Shown one piece after another: positions 36,595-51,600 of a stretch of DNA of 64,000 nt (position 1 is the stretch's first letter; each line of letters begins with the position of its first letter). The position numbers and the translations under genes were made by a program. The notes beneath the pieces are model-generated. The model made no database searches and had not been told where the DNA came from. It was given only the letters and a program-made list of their open reading frames with translations. This stretch comes from Geosiphon pyriformis uo1 (lineage: Eukaryota; Fungi; Glomeromycota): contig JAAOMT010000502.1 in NCBI GenBank assembly GCA_016748015.1, positions 372,001-436,000 of the forward strand, in the 5' to 3' direction.

Positions 36595-39500
36595 ATGTCA
36601 CTCCTCAAAAGTCAAGCAAATAAGGAAATCTTGAATTTTCACAAAGATGAACCATCAGTTGCTGAGCTTATATATTCTTTGGACTGGTCAGCAACACAAT
36701 TTGGTGCTATCGAAACATGGCCCAATTCCTTAAAAACACTTCTAGTGCGTATTCCATGTTACCTGAGAGATCAAAGATATTTTAATTTTGACTAAATATT
36801 CTTGCCCACATTGTAGAATCTATGTCTTAACTCGGCGTTTCCATTCGGAATTTATCTTGGCCCTCAAAAAATAACGATTTATAATCAAAGTACGTTTTGT
36901 GAGTCTTCATGAATGGATTCAAAGAGGTCAAGGTTATCCACTAAGAGATGAATTTATTTTTTGGTCAACCCTTACAGTGACCTTGCCTTTAATGCAAGAA
37001 AAACATCCAAACGGTAAGGAAAATTCCTCTGCCTATGAATTTTTAAAGGAACATATCTTTATTGTTTCCCAAGCTTTGTTTTATCTTGCTTTTAATGATT
37101 TTTATGGTTACATCTCCCTTCAGCATTAGGTAAACCAGCAAAGGAGGTATGGGCGGAAACGTGGGACGCATTAGAACCGATATTTGATGGGTGGATATAT
37201 TTTGATATTTTAGAATAAATCATAAATTTGAATTCAAATTAATAGCCTATTATGTTTTTTATCAGCGTAATATCGACTAGACAAGGATTATTTGTTGAAA
37301 ATCTCTCCATTTTTATCTTACGAGCTGGATACAATGAAGAATGCTACTTTTCTTCTGCTTTTAATCCATTATTCGCTGAGGATAGAACCGTTATCGGTGT
37401 ATTTACTGCAGCTTATGAAACAACGCAAAAGGTGGTATCTGCTCGTCGTCTCAAAGTTCTAGGAGAATTAGGAAAGCGAACTCCTGGTACGCAATTGAAT
37501 GAAAATTAATGATAGTTTTAATTTAATATTTGGTTTAGCATAATTTAATAATTCATCAAATTTAAATCAAAAGCTGCGAAATCTGTTGAAAGCGCCTGTC
37601 ATTTGGTCACAAATGTTCTTCGAAATCACAATGCCGACCTTACATTTGGTTTGATATATCTTATTGAGAAAAATCAAAATGATAAAGTTTGTATAGCTCG
37701 TTTAGCTGCCACAACCTTTGATGAAAACTTGCTCATCAAACCTGGTGGAGATGGAATCGATGAACTAGTATTTGTAACAGGACAATCTTCAAGAACTCTA
37801 CCTGATTTTCTCCCAGATACACCTAATTTCCTTGATGTCATGCAAGATTCTAATAAATCCAAAACTGATGATAACGGCAATCCAGAATCATCAACAGTAG
37901 TGAAAGAAGATAATAAATTAATACCCAATCTTTCTTCCTCTTCTTCCTCGTCTAATTTCACCGCATGGCCTCTTCAAGAAGTAATCAGAAATAATAAGGA
38001 TGTTGTTTTTACATTGGCTGATGAATCTCGTGCAATACTTTTTCCTGTATCAACACCCTTTGCTGGAAAAAGCCTTTTGACAGCCGTCCTAATATGTGGC
38101 ATTAACAAACATCGCGCTCTTGACAAAGAATATTTGGACTTTTGCCAGGTCTGAAACTAAAATATTTTTCCACATCCAGAAATCAGTCGGCATTTTAAAA
38201 TCAGTATTTTTGTTTTTCCCTAGCTAATGGTTGGTCATGTCAGTTCTAGCTTGAAAAATGGAAGATCACGTGAAGAAGAAAGAAAGCAAGCAGAATTTTT
38301 GGCTGATCTAGATTTTCAAAAAATCAAATTTTTTCAAAATATTAGCCATGAATTAACAAGTATATATATAATATTCGAAATATTTTAGCTTTTCATATTT
38401 TAATTGATTTTGCCTGCTCTTCATTGTTAGCCCCACTCACATTGATGTTGGGCCCCCTCGGAGATGCCATCACCGCATGTAAACCAGATTCTTTGATTCT
38501 TTACAATTTAGAAATGATACAACGCAATGCTAGACGGTTGCTCAAATTATCCAACAATTTGTTACAGGTTGGTGGCCCAAAACTCAAAATTTTCAACGAA
38601 AATAGCTCTAACTATTGCAAATTTTCAAGTTCTCACAAATTGAAGCGGGCAATATGACAGCCAATTATCGTCAAACAAATATCGCCGAGATTACGAAGGA
38701 GTTGGCCTCCAACTTTGAGAGCATTGCTAAATCATTTGGATTGACATTTACGATCGACATCCCAACGGCTGAGCATTTAGAAAGTCGATTGGACCGGAAA
38801 GTCTATCTTGATTTAGACTTTTATGAAAAAATTATATTTAACTTATGTAAGATTCTATTTACATAGTAAATTTGAATAGGATAAACATATCCTAACAGTT
38901 TACCTCTTGTAGGTTTCAACGCTTTCAAATATACGTGGCATGGAGGAGTCACTATACGCCTTTACCCAGATAAAAAAGAATCTAATGAAGTAGTTATCGT
39001 GGAGGTTTCAGATACAGGTTTCTGTTCTATTATATTCGTGATGCTCGCTTTATTCTAATTACTGCTAATATACCAAATTTTTTGATTCACAAGGCGTTGG
39101 AATCGCAAAAGAGCACCTTGAGAATCTTTTCCGACGTTTTTATCGAGTTGAATCACAAGAGTCACGGAGTAATGAAGGCAGCGGCATTGGGCTTGCTCTT
39201 GTAAAAGAATTAATAAAAAAACATGGAGGAGATATTAAAGTGATTTCACAAGTCGGTATCGGTACTACATTTCAAATTTGGATCCCAACTGGAGATGATC
39301 ATTTACCTAAAAATAATTTTGGCAAGAACGATGGCAAGATTCAGAAACCCTTAATTCAGGATAAGCAACTATCTAACAGCCTTGATTTGTATTTAGAGGA
39401 AACTAAACAATGGATTACGAGGAAACATGTGCCTGATATTTTTTACTCTGAAATTGAAGACCACGACGATGATGCTAAAGCTACGGTGGAACATTTAAGC

Positions 39501-42500
39501 AACTTATCTATCACCTCATCAAAAACAGGCGCTTTGAAAGAAAACCTAGTTCTTCCCAAGAGGGGAGTATCCAATGATCTAAGAAGACTTTATAGAGTTC
39601 TTATCGTTGAAGATAATAGTGATATGAGGTAACAATTAAACTGTCCTCAAGAATAATTATAAGTTTTCTAAAAATGATTTTTTGACATTTAGAAACTATC
39701 TCACTCAAATTCTCAAAACGGAGTTTGAGGTTTCCTGTGCATGCGATGGCCGTCATGCGCTGATGCTTATAGCTAATAAAAAATTTCAACCTGATCTTGT
39801 GTTAAGCGGTACTGTTTTTCAATTAAATTCTTGAGGTTCCCACTTTTCCTTGAATTAATCCAAGATTTTTTTAAAATTATAAAACAGATATCATGATGCC
39901 TCACATGAATGGTCTTGAACTATTGAAAGCTCTACGCTCTGAGCCATATACTCAAAGGATTCCTTTGATTCTTTTATCTGCAAGAGCAGGTGAAGAAGCT
40001 AGCGTGGAAGGTGTGAAATTAAAAGATTTTTTTCCTTTCTATAAAAAATTCACCTTATCAGCTAATAAAGATTGGGTCATTTTAAGGATTGGAAACAGGC
40101 GCCGATGATTATTTGATCAAGCCCTTCCGTCCTCGTGAACTAATTGCTCGTGTGAGAGCTAACGTCGAACTTTCAAATCTACGTCATGAGCTTGTAGTTC
40201 AAGAGCGTCACAAAAACCAAACACGAGAATTATTATTTTCTATTAGTAGTAAAATTCGCTCTGGATTAAATATTCAAGAAATTTTATCAATGGCGGTGAA
40301 AGAAATCCATCGAATTCTCGCCTGTGATTCAGCACTTATCCTTTTCAGTGATCCGATGAATAAAGGCTCGGCAAAAATCATGGCCAGTTCCGCTTATCAC
40401 CCAGAAATACAGGCTCTAGTGGGCACACATGTTCCTTGCAGAGTGATCCATGAAAACCAAAAAATCTGGAATGAAGAAATTGATGGATTTCCAGACTTTA
40501 ATGAACCCACCTGTTCTGTTTCTTCGTTTTTGGCGCCTTTTGTAGATATAGCTGATGTAGAAAGGGATGTTCTCGATCTTGAAACCAAAAGCGACAATAA
40601 TCATTTTTCCAAAATTCTTGACAAATATGTATCTTCAATGTCAGTCTCTATTCGCCAGGACTCCTCTTCTTGTGGTTGGATATTTGCTCATCGAAACCCC
40701 GATGAGACTTGGTCTGGCGCTGAGAAACTGTTCATGCAACAGGTTTCAAATCAAATCACCCTGGCTGTAACTCACGCTAAGCTTCTTGAAGAAAAACTCA
40801 AGCGCGAATCGCAAATGAAAGCAGTTAAGGCGGCAAATAAGGCCAAAAGTCAAATTCTTGCCAACACCTCTCATGGTATGATAGAACATGATTTCCAACG
40901 TCCTTTAAACTAATTAATAATGGCAAAAATTTCGACCGGAATTTCTAGAATTACTTACCCCCTTGGGAGCAATCATTGGTGTTTTATCCGGTTTCGATGA
41001 TACACTTCTTACCTCTGAACAAAAGGATATGATTCAAATCATGACTCATGCTTCTGATATAGTTCTTTCAATTATAAATGATATTCTGGACGTGGCGAAG
41101 CTTGAAGCACATAAAATTACCCTCACCGATCGAACCTTTGATTTATTTGATCTCGTCGAAAAAACAGTCGAAATTTGTGGCGAACGAGCGGGTGCGAAAC
41201 AAATAGAGTTAGTGTTGCTTTTTGAGCAGCCGAGTGAATTGCCAAAATATGTGAAATCTGACCCTGAAAGGTAAATCGACAGTTTAATTTATGTTATCCT
41301 GAATTCCATATCAAAATTTTCCGTATCAAAAATCTTTATATTATCTTGGTTTTCTCAGACTAAACCAAATTTTAACAAATTTGTTATCAAATTCGTAAGT
41401 ATTTGTATTTCATTGATTTGAAAATTTATATTTTTTTAACTATTAAAGAGAATTCTTTCAGGTTAAAATTTACCGATTCCGGTGAGATTGTACTTAAAAT
41501 TTCATGGGTATCATCGAGTGAAGCTCAAGTTCAAGCAACTACAGGTGTTGGGGACTCGAATGTTTTAAAAAATGGAACCCTGAGGTTTGATTTGACCGAT
41601 ACTGGAGCCGGGTAATATACATTTGAAATATAATGTTCAAAGTTGCTTCTGACAAATTCATTTTTAACATATAATGATTTTTTTAGAATTCATCCAAACT
41701 TCATGAAAGATATATGGGAAAGCTTTTCGCAAGGTGATCACTCAATTACTCGATCCCAAGATGGCACTGGCTTAGGCCTATCGATTTGCAAGCATTTAGT
41801 AACAATCAATGGAGGCGAAATAGGAGCTCAAAGTGAACTAGGAATAGGGAGTCATTTTTGGTTCTCCTGGAATGTAGGATTTCTTGCTGTGAACGCCACA
41901 CCGCTGAGATCATCTTCTCAAGTAGTCCCTGTTGAAAGAATTCTTGTTATACCTGCCGCAGTGAAATCGAAGAGAATCGTTGTCGTAGATTCAGTTGAAA
42001 TATCCCGACTCGCTTTAGTAGCGATGCTTACCTCAAGCGTTCAAAAAGTTAAGGCATTTGATGACTGCCTCAAAGCGGTGACAGAAACCAATGCTTGGCA
42101 AAATCAATACCAAAGCTCACCATGCGATGTAGTTTTCTTCAATGTTGACAAAAGAAATTCGGAACAAGTATTGGTGGCTGCAAAAAGATTTCAATCCATA
42201 TGTGGAAAAGATAAATTGGCTATTGGATTATTTATTTTTTGGTCAGCTGAAGGCCGTGCTCTGGGCAAAGAATTAATTGCAAAGATCGGTGGCCACACTG
42301 CAGCTTTTTGTAAACCAGTCATGCAACGACGATTATTAGATTGTTTGCAAAATATGGAAATCTTTGAATCAGGCAAAATATATGAACCTACACCACAAAT
42401 TGGATTGTTAAACAATCGATTCCAAGACTTGAATGCTGGCCTCCATGATATCCCTGAACCTAATATTGAAACGGTGAAGGAAGTTCCATCAACCCCTTTA

Positions 42501-43256
42501 TCTGCTGAAGAGATACCAACAATATCAAGGCCGATTCCTTCAAGACCATCGAGCAAGAGGTCCGCTTCGGATGAGATCAGAGACCCAAAATTTTTTGGAG
42601 TATCCAATAAATCTCGAACTCGAACTGTCTCACAATCAAAATGTATTTTATGCGTAGTATGTATGTCTCCTTATTCATGAATTTCTTTTGAGATAAACCT
42701 CGAAACTCACCATTTCGAATTTCAGGAGGAGAACCCTGCTAATTTGAAGGTTTGTTTGTTTAAAGTTTTTCCCTTGAGTATTCTTCAAAGAATATTGCAA
42801 CCGACCACTATATTTCTTTTGCTCTTTAGGCTATCCAAGACCAACTTACCATGCTGGGCTACCAATATTTATCTGCTACTAATAGTCAAGAAGTCATTAA
42901 TATTATGCGAGAACTCGATGAATCTCCCACAATATCGAGTCGACAAAATAAAATATCGTTAATTTTAGTCGACTGTGCAATGGTAACTAACTTACTCTTT
43001 GTCTGGTTGATTGCTCTAACATTAGATTAAAAAAAAATTCCTTATGTAGCCATTAATGTCGGGGTTTGCCGTGTCCAGAGCTATTCGTGCTATGAGGCCA
43101 TCTCAACATGAAATTCCTATTATTGCCTTAATTTCTTCTGCTGTTGAAGGCATTCAGGATAAATGTCTGGAAAGTGGAATCAATGATTATCTCACAAAGC
43201 CGTTAAAGATTTCGCAACTCAAGAATAAGCTAATCCAATGGCTTGGGAACAATTGA
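36595..43256 (+). CDS. Dual hybrid histidine kinase: PAS-like/GAF-like - HisKA - HATPase - REC - GAF - HisKA - HATPase - pseudo-REC - REC, ~21 exons
   Basis: H-boxes NISHELTTPL and NTSHELLTPL; N-boxes FNAFKYT and LLSNS.KFT; G-boxes DTGVGI/GSGIGL and DTGAG/GTGLGL; receivers VLIVEDN...SDIMMP...KPF and CVEEN...VDCAMP...TKP. GT-AG introns throughout. Confidence 0.93.
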
Positions 43257-45664
43257 AAAAAAAACACTCGAAATTTTTACATTTGGCTTGAGGCCTAATA
43301 TTCCTATAAGCACCATGACCCTTTATACTCACCCTTTAACTTTTTAAGAATTTCACAAGTAATCAAGCACAGATAAGTTTGATATACTTTTCCAAATGTT
43401 GTTTATGTTATTTAAAGCATTTGTTCATCTAAATTTATACCACCCCATTTCTATTTATTTGACCTCATTTATTATGCTTCATGATGTTACGCATTCGCTG
43501 TAAAACCCGTTTTTTACGCTGTACTTTATATGATTTATGAAAATCCAAAATATAACTGACTGGATTTGATACCAGAAAAAAAAGATTTGCCAATCTAATT
43601 TAGTTCTACTAAAGAAAACCAATGCCTTTTTTTGGCCTCGTGATTTTCATCGATACATGCAGTGTGTGAAAAATATTCAATAGTAAATTTCAAATTTAAT
43701 GAAATTTTACCAAATCCATTCAAAGACCAAATATCAAGGAATAAACTGCAAGAAATTTATTCCAATATTTCTGAGTCTCCGCCTATCTATTTAAAAACCA
43801 AATCATTCCACTATTTTTTATCAAAACTATCTTTAGCGTACATTTTTCCTGAATATTTTTAATAAAAAAGTTCTACATGTAATAAGAACCAATTTTTACA
43901 ATGTAATCTCATATCATCAAGGGTTTATGCTGAAAATTGACACCATTCTAATCTTCCAGTCAGTATCAAAAAGAAACTATCTGATTCCAATATGTGAAGT
44001 TAATATATAGAATGTCTTGTATTCATTTATAAAAGATTTAACGAATATCAAAAGCATTGTTAGTTGTATTATATTTCTCAAATTGGGAGTTTTTATTAGA
44101 ATATGTAACTGGAAAACTTTTAAAAAGAATCAGAATATTCTGGAAAGCAAATTTTAGTCCATAAATCGTTTCTGAATCTGTTTTTTGTATCAAAAGGCTC
44201 ACGCAAAATTTTTTTGAAGGTATTCCACTTGCCTACCTATAATGGTGAAATTATTTAAATTTAAACTGATCCAAAAAAATGGTACATGTTAACACGGCAG
44301 TAAAAGAAGATTGTAAAAATCCATTATGAGGAGTTTTAAAGTTATGTCTTGAGCAATTTTTGCAGAAAGTCGTGGAAAATTTTTAGTTTAGCAAGTTAAA
44401 AAACTGGAACTATTTTTTTTTGAAAGTTTATATAGGTTCAATGTGTCACTCATTTTCTCTCAGAGCTTTAAAACATAGTCTTATTGCAAAAAATATCCAT
44501 TTACTTGTTTTTTTCAAGACATTTCAATACATTAGGGTTTCTCATTTCTTTGAGGCGAGTCCTAAAAAGAAATGCTTTAAAAGCTGGTTCACTTTTATTT
44601 TCAATAATTAATTCATCAATTCTACTAAAAAATACTTCGAGGCCAGCAACATTACTTTTTCAAAAAAATTTATAGACCCCATTTTTTGGTTTACTTATAA
44701 TATTTTATGACGCATATTTTTTTCCTGCATACCAGCAACGAGTTTATTTGTATTAAGTCCCTAAATAATTTAAAGATTCTTTCGTCAATAACCGAAATAT
44801 CTCTTGTTTATGAAACGTCTTTCATTTTTAATATAATAGCTCAGAAGATTTTGGGAATAACTCAACAGTGTGAAAAACTTTTCAGTAAAGGATTGGTTTG
44901 ATTCATCATAACCATTAAAATAATTCGAAGAAAAAAAGTTTCCTTACATTATGGTGAAGACCCTTTATGACTTCAGTTCTAAATTTTACAATGTTTTCAA
45001 ATCGCCAAGATTTGGGATTAAAAAAGATGGGAATTGCTTAAAATGAAAAAAAATTTTCATCCCAGCAGAACTTTTATCATGAGCTGTCAGCTGATGTAAC
45101 AAACATGGATGTACTTAATTTCGATCTTTTTGTGTATTTTTTGGATTTGCTTGTTTCAAAAGATTATATCATTACTTGCTGAATAGAAAATGGTTAAAAT
45201 GTTTGTGAAAGAAATGTAACCTCCAATTATAATATAGCCTTAATCAAAATTAAGTACAAAAAAACAGTTTATTTAATGTTGACTTTTTGAGTATTTATTT
45301 TTTGGGATTAATAATTAGTAGCTCTTTATTTGATAGGGTAAAAACTTTAATATTTCAATTTCAATTTTTTTTTTTAAGAATTCCAAATATGAAGTATCAA
45401 TTGTTTTGTTTAACATTAAAGACCTATTTTTTTGATTTTAAATTTATTAAAAATTAATATATTGAGATAAAGTTTTTCAAATCTAAATTCAACATGTAAA
45501 TTAAATAAAATAATAAAGTAAATTAATTAATTGACAAAAAAATTGCAAATAAATTATTTACAGAGTATTAACTAAAATAATTAATTTAATATTTTAACTA
45601 GAAATTTTCAATAATTTAAATTGACCAAAATTTTAACCAATTATATTTTTTACAAAGCATAATT

Positions 45665-48600
45665 TTTTTATTTTATTTTATTTTGTTTAACGAGTGCAGT
45701 CCAACCACTACCTAGTATACAGATGCAAGCTAAGTGAATCTAACTAAATATGGCTCATGTATTTGCTACATGTGACTAGCCACTCAAGCCAATCTAGGCA
45801 ACACTACACACCTACTTAAACTTTGATATTATCACAAATACCAAAAAAAAAAGACTAGTCTTGTGCAAACCAAAACTGATGGCAAACACTTCATTAATCC
45901 CAAGAAGATGAACAACTCCACTAGACAAATGTTTAATAGGATCAGCTAAAAAACCAACAGGAATTTCCGAAGTACAAACCAAACCACAATGTTCCATGTT
46001 CACTCTAAACTTAGCCCTGGTCAACCACAAACCACACCAGTGTTTTTCTGTCAGGCATCAAACAAAATCAGCCACCACCAAAACAGCCTGAGTATGATCT
46101 TTAAAATACACAGTAGCTTCATCAATCCATTTTCTTAGTACAAAGCCTTTATATAATTGCATATACACTCCTAAATCATAACAACTAGCAAGCAGAGTAC
46201 ACAACATAGAAAAGGACACTGAAGAGCAGCCTATCAGCAATGACTTCCACAAAGTGATTCTGCCCAACAAAATATCAGTACACTTAATTGTCTTACTTCA
46301 ACAAGTAAACACATAATCCGACAATTCAACATCACCACACATTAAACAGAGAACTCCAGGATAACATTTATCATACAATCTTTTATGAACAGCAACTGGT
46401 AACTTTTTATGGACCACTTTCATTAAGTAGATACGGAGTACAGCTAAAGCTTGGCTTGTAAAGCCTGACAACATGTGGGAGTCCGAGTGCCAAATTGAAG
46501 CCATATACTTCCAATCAACTCTTCATCGATTACCACAGAGCCAAGACCAGCCTCCCATTGAGCACGACAGATAAATCTATAAATATTCTGAACAAAATAT
46601 TGAGCATTGTCTAAGACAACCTGACCATGAGTCATGATGTACCTTTTCCAAACACTTATAGGAAGAGACAAATTAGAGTGAGCAGTGTGCCAAGCCAAAG
46701 CATTGGCCTTGTCATTGTGAACATTACTCGAATGGCCCTTTACCTTCACCCATCCAACAGAAAAGTCCTTATCTTTGATCAACTTGTGAATATAATGCCT
46801 CTCCACCCAACATTTGTTCCTGAAATCAGGAGCAATTAAACCCAATTCTGAAGCACAAGCATTAATAGTAGCTTGACTATCGGTGTTAATAATAACTGAG
46901 CACGAAAAAGGAACACATTCCAGCACCAGAATAACAGCATAAAGTTCAGCCATAGTAGAAGAAAGCAACCTATTGACCTCAATGCCAATACCCACATCAG
47001 CATCAGAAAAATAAGCTGCAGTCCCACCCACAACCTCAGCAGTGCCCAAATGAGACAGAGAACCATCAGTATACACTGTAAAGACATTGGACCAGAACTC
47101 ATGTAAACACTCCCAAACAACCAAATATCTTTTCGAATCAAAAAATTTTGAGCCACTAGAGACTGTGAACAGACCACCAGAGATGAGACGATAACTATCT
47201 ATGTACGCAGAAACTTTGGAGTACCACAAGAGTACAGGACCCCTGGAACTTAGTCTCTTCCAGTGGCAAAAAGTCCTCTAACTGAGAACCGATCCATCTT
47301 TGCCCAATAACCTGTTATCAAAGGCAACACCAAAACACTTTAAAGAGGGGACCACACCAAAATAAAAGGAGCTACTCAAGATTGCCAACACAGGGAAGTG
47401 ACCAGCACCACAAAAAGCACAAGGCAAATTGTTGGCCAGATATATATTATTGTCCAAAAAAATTTTAATCATACCAGCGAGAAAATTATTAGAGGGATTA
47501 ACCCTCAACTTAACAAAATGTCACAAGGGATTTAACGGAGCCCACCTTAATATCTGGAGATCCAAAAAATGGTATTCAAACAAATGCCCCAGAATACCAG
47601 GCACATTTGAGAACCAAACCAATAAAGCCACCTTTTCTTTAGCCTGAATCTGTTCAAAAGTTTTTACACCATAAAAAGAAAGATGATGTAAAGCTTTACT
47701 GGGAAAATCTCGAAACAAGTTTGCTTTAGATTTAAGACCCTTCCTCAACATAACATCCTATTTCAAGCAGACATTCTTAGAAACAAAGCTGAATTGTGTG
47801 CAATAGCTGACAATGGGTTGCAGAACTGAAAACACTAAGTACACAAATTGTTTATCTATCAAAGCCTTCCTGAGAATCATATTAGAAAAAAACCTGACAT
47901 CTAACTGAGCTTTGGCTAAACTGGGCTTAGACAACCCGTCTGTTAACAAGAAAATGTCTAAATATCTATGAGTCTTACCCTGTTTAGCAATAGAGATAGA
48001 TAGTCTATTAATATGCAGAAATGCATTTGAAATTCTTTTGTTGATAGAAATCACCACAGTCTTTTTACTGTTAATTGTGATATCATTGACCTTAAAAAAT
48101 TCGCCCACAATATCCAAGATATGTTGTGTCAACACTTAACCATTACCAATTTAGATAGTATTATCTACAAATGCATCTGCCGCAAAAAATGAAAACTGAC
48201 TACCACTAGACTCAATTCTGCCAGATTTCGCTACAAAGTTGGTATTGATTCTGTAACCATATAAATGTTCATGATTCTTAACCTCACACAACAAAGGGTC
48301 ATAAAAAATCTGCCACAAGAGAGGAGAGAAGACCTCTTTTTGATCCAAACTATCCAACACATTGTATCCATTCAAGAAGCCAAAATCAGTCATCACTCTA
48401 TTAATCCTGCCTACATGTAAGTTTTCGAAAAACGACACAAATCTGTCACACATTTTGATCCACTTCAAACTGGCTTCCAACTGTCATCAACCAACAGAAT
48501 CATAGGTCTTATACATATCCTGCAATACCAACCAGACCTCCCTATTTTTTTCCAGAGCATCTTCCATGATTGAACCAACAGCAAAAACTGGAGATTGAGT

Positions 48601-51600
48601 AGAAGTACTTTTCAGGACTGAGAAATTGTCACCTCAGAGAACATCAAATCTGGAACAGACTGAAGAAATATGATCAGACAATAACTTAGATAGTATCTTT
48701 CTAGCCATCTCAATTAGCACAATGGGCCTTGTATTTGTAAGAATGCCATCCCATTCATATGGTTTGGAGATCATAGAAACCCAAGCTTTTTTTCAAAGGA
48801 CCAGAACCTTACTGATATTTAGGCAAGAATTCAAAAGACTCAACAAACACTCAAGCATATTATTACCACAATGTTTCTATAGTTTGTTAGAAATGCCAGA
48901 CAGGCCAGCCACTTTGCCATCAGGTAGATTCAAAATCACATTCACCAATTTACTAAAACAAATGTCATTCATAACATCAGAGAAGGCATCATCTCTCACA
49001 TAATCCAAAGGTGCATATTGGTGAGCCTATCTGAAAGGCATTACCAAAGGTGCTACACACTTCCTTGTTCAGTCAACCATAATACTGTTGACCCTGCTTT
49101 TCACCTTAGTTGGATCCAAAACCAGTTCATCGCCTATGACCAAGTGATCTAAAACGACCTTACAAAAAGACTGCTCCAAAATACTCCAAATCATGCCACC
49201 TTTGTTAGAACTGAAATTCTCCATGTGTTTATTGATAGCACTCTGGATTGCTGTATCCCTCACCACTCTGGATTTATAATACTTAGACTTCCTATAACTC
49301 TTCCTAACCTGAAACAGATGTTTGAAAACCTCCACCAAATCAGCCCCATTTTAAACCAAAAAATCAAACTTGAAAGCCTCTTTATAATTGACCAAAAACC
49401 ACCTCTTGATTAGACAATTATACTTATGTTTATCACCTGTATTTAAACTTTTGATGACCTTAGCCACCAACAATTCAAGTTCAAGGAATCTAGACAAATG
49501 TCTGTTTTTTAAACAGTCAAATTCGCTAAACCAGTGCCTAGAAAATATTGCATCAGCGGCTCTCACCATAACTCCACACAACACATCTCACATCTCATCC
49601 AGATCACTGAGAACCTTAGCACTCAAGAAACCACTTATGACCAAGGACAAAGCAGCTGACACATTATCCTTAAATCATAACCATTTGGAAAGGTCAGCAT
49701 CCTTAAAGTCAAACTTCCATCTGTTTCTGTTGGTCTGTTTACGAATACTGTTTATCTGAGCATCAAGAAGACCCTCCAATCCAACTGAAACTGAAATCAT
49801 CTTATGATTTATGTTGAAAAACTCTAAAACTGCGCCAATATCTCATTTCATCAGAGTAGAGACTAAATTTTCACTGACAAAAATATAATCAATAACTTTT
49901 TTCACACTTCTGGAGTTGCTCTATATAGGTGAACTAGCCAAAAAATGTCCTTTGAAAGAGTTAACAAGACCCAGATCTGTGCATTTTCTGAGACTAGTAT
50001 TTTTCTTGGTGTTTGATTCATTGAAGTCCCCACCCAAGATAACAAAAGAGCTTGAGTTAATAGCACTAATAATCAAGGAGTTAACCACAAGAGCCTGACC
50101 AAAACGTACACCAGCAGATGCACCTGCATAGATACCCAAGATAGTAATTGAAAGTTTGTTCTTGAACAAGAGCTGAATCGAAATCAACTGACCAGAGATC
50201 TCATCAATTTTTAAAACATGCTGAACCACAAAAGAGTTTATAATAACAGCCACACCAGCACCAGAAGAATCTGTATCAAAACCTGACATGAAAATGCAAA
50301 CACCAAGAAACTTATTCATGATCCATGGCTTAATGCCAGATTTTAACTTCATCTCTGTAATGATAGAAATATCACTTTCAGAATTCATGTGCCATCTAAC
50401 TATATCGTCCTGTTTGGCAGGAACGTTTATGCCCTTCACATTACATGTCGCAATTCTCCAAACCAAACTGGTCATTGAGATAAAGAAGATACCACAGAGC
50501 CTGAGCCAGCACACAACTGATCTAACTTCTCTAATACCAAACAAACCAAAGCTTCAAGAGCCATCAACTTCAATTCTAAACAGCCCACTTTTAAAGTCAA
50601 AACTTTTGAAGTACTCAAACCCAAATTTGAGACACCAGAGGATACCAAAAAGGGAGAAATAACTACAGGCTTAGAATTATTCAGAACCATATCCAAACCA
50701 AATCCAATATTTGCCGTAACAGGGACAACTAAGGACTGAGAAGAGGAGGCAAGAGCCAAGGGCACCAGGTTTAAATTGTCAAGTTTGTTTACAATACCAG
50801 ACACCTTATCTGAAAGAAGTTCCAAAAAATGCTCCAAAGAAGCAAGACAAGTCTTCAAAAATGAATAAACAGGAACCACAGAAGACAAATGACCAACCAT
50901 ACCTGAGGCATCAGAAGAGGAGCCAAAACCAGAACCAGAACCAGAGTAAAGACTATTAGATAAAGATACCAGAGAGACAACCTGAGCCCATGACTTGCCA
51001 CCAAATACAGCTGGTCGAGAAATAGACACACTCTTTTTTGCATACAGCTTGGCCAATTGGAGGCAGTTCTCATCAGAGACAACCCTTTTAAATGACTTGG
51101 AAAGTTTGGGAGAAGTTGAGATTTCAGCATCACACTTTAGAACAGAATGACCATGTTTTCCACACTGTTTACACTGAACCAGGTCCAATCTAGTCCAAGA
51201 AAGTTTCACCTCACTAAAAATAGGCTCCATACAAAATGTAGACTCCAATAGCTCGTTATTCTCAAAACAAACCACAGCACAATGAACTCTATTACAAATG
51301 TCTAAGGATCAATTTATGACACAAGTTTTCTCACCAGCTCTTGCCAAAAAATCACCAAGATCATGAACCATTGTTTCTACTGGCAAAGTAAACAAAAGCA
51401 CCTTATACCAATCTCTAGATGCCCATGTCTCACAATTCCCCACAGCTTTGGCCATGCACACTGAATTTTTTCCGATAAAGAACGACCACTTAGCTGCCAA
51501 CTGATCAGTTTGACTTGATTCGGCAAACTTCACCACAGCCTTCTGCCATATTCCAATCAGCTGAATTTTAATTGACTTAATTTCTCCAAACATAGATACT

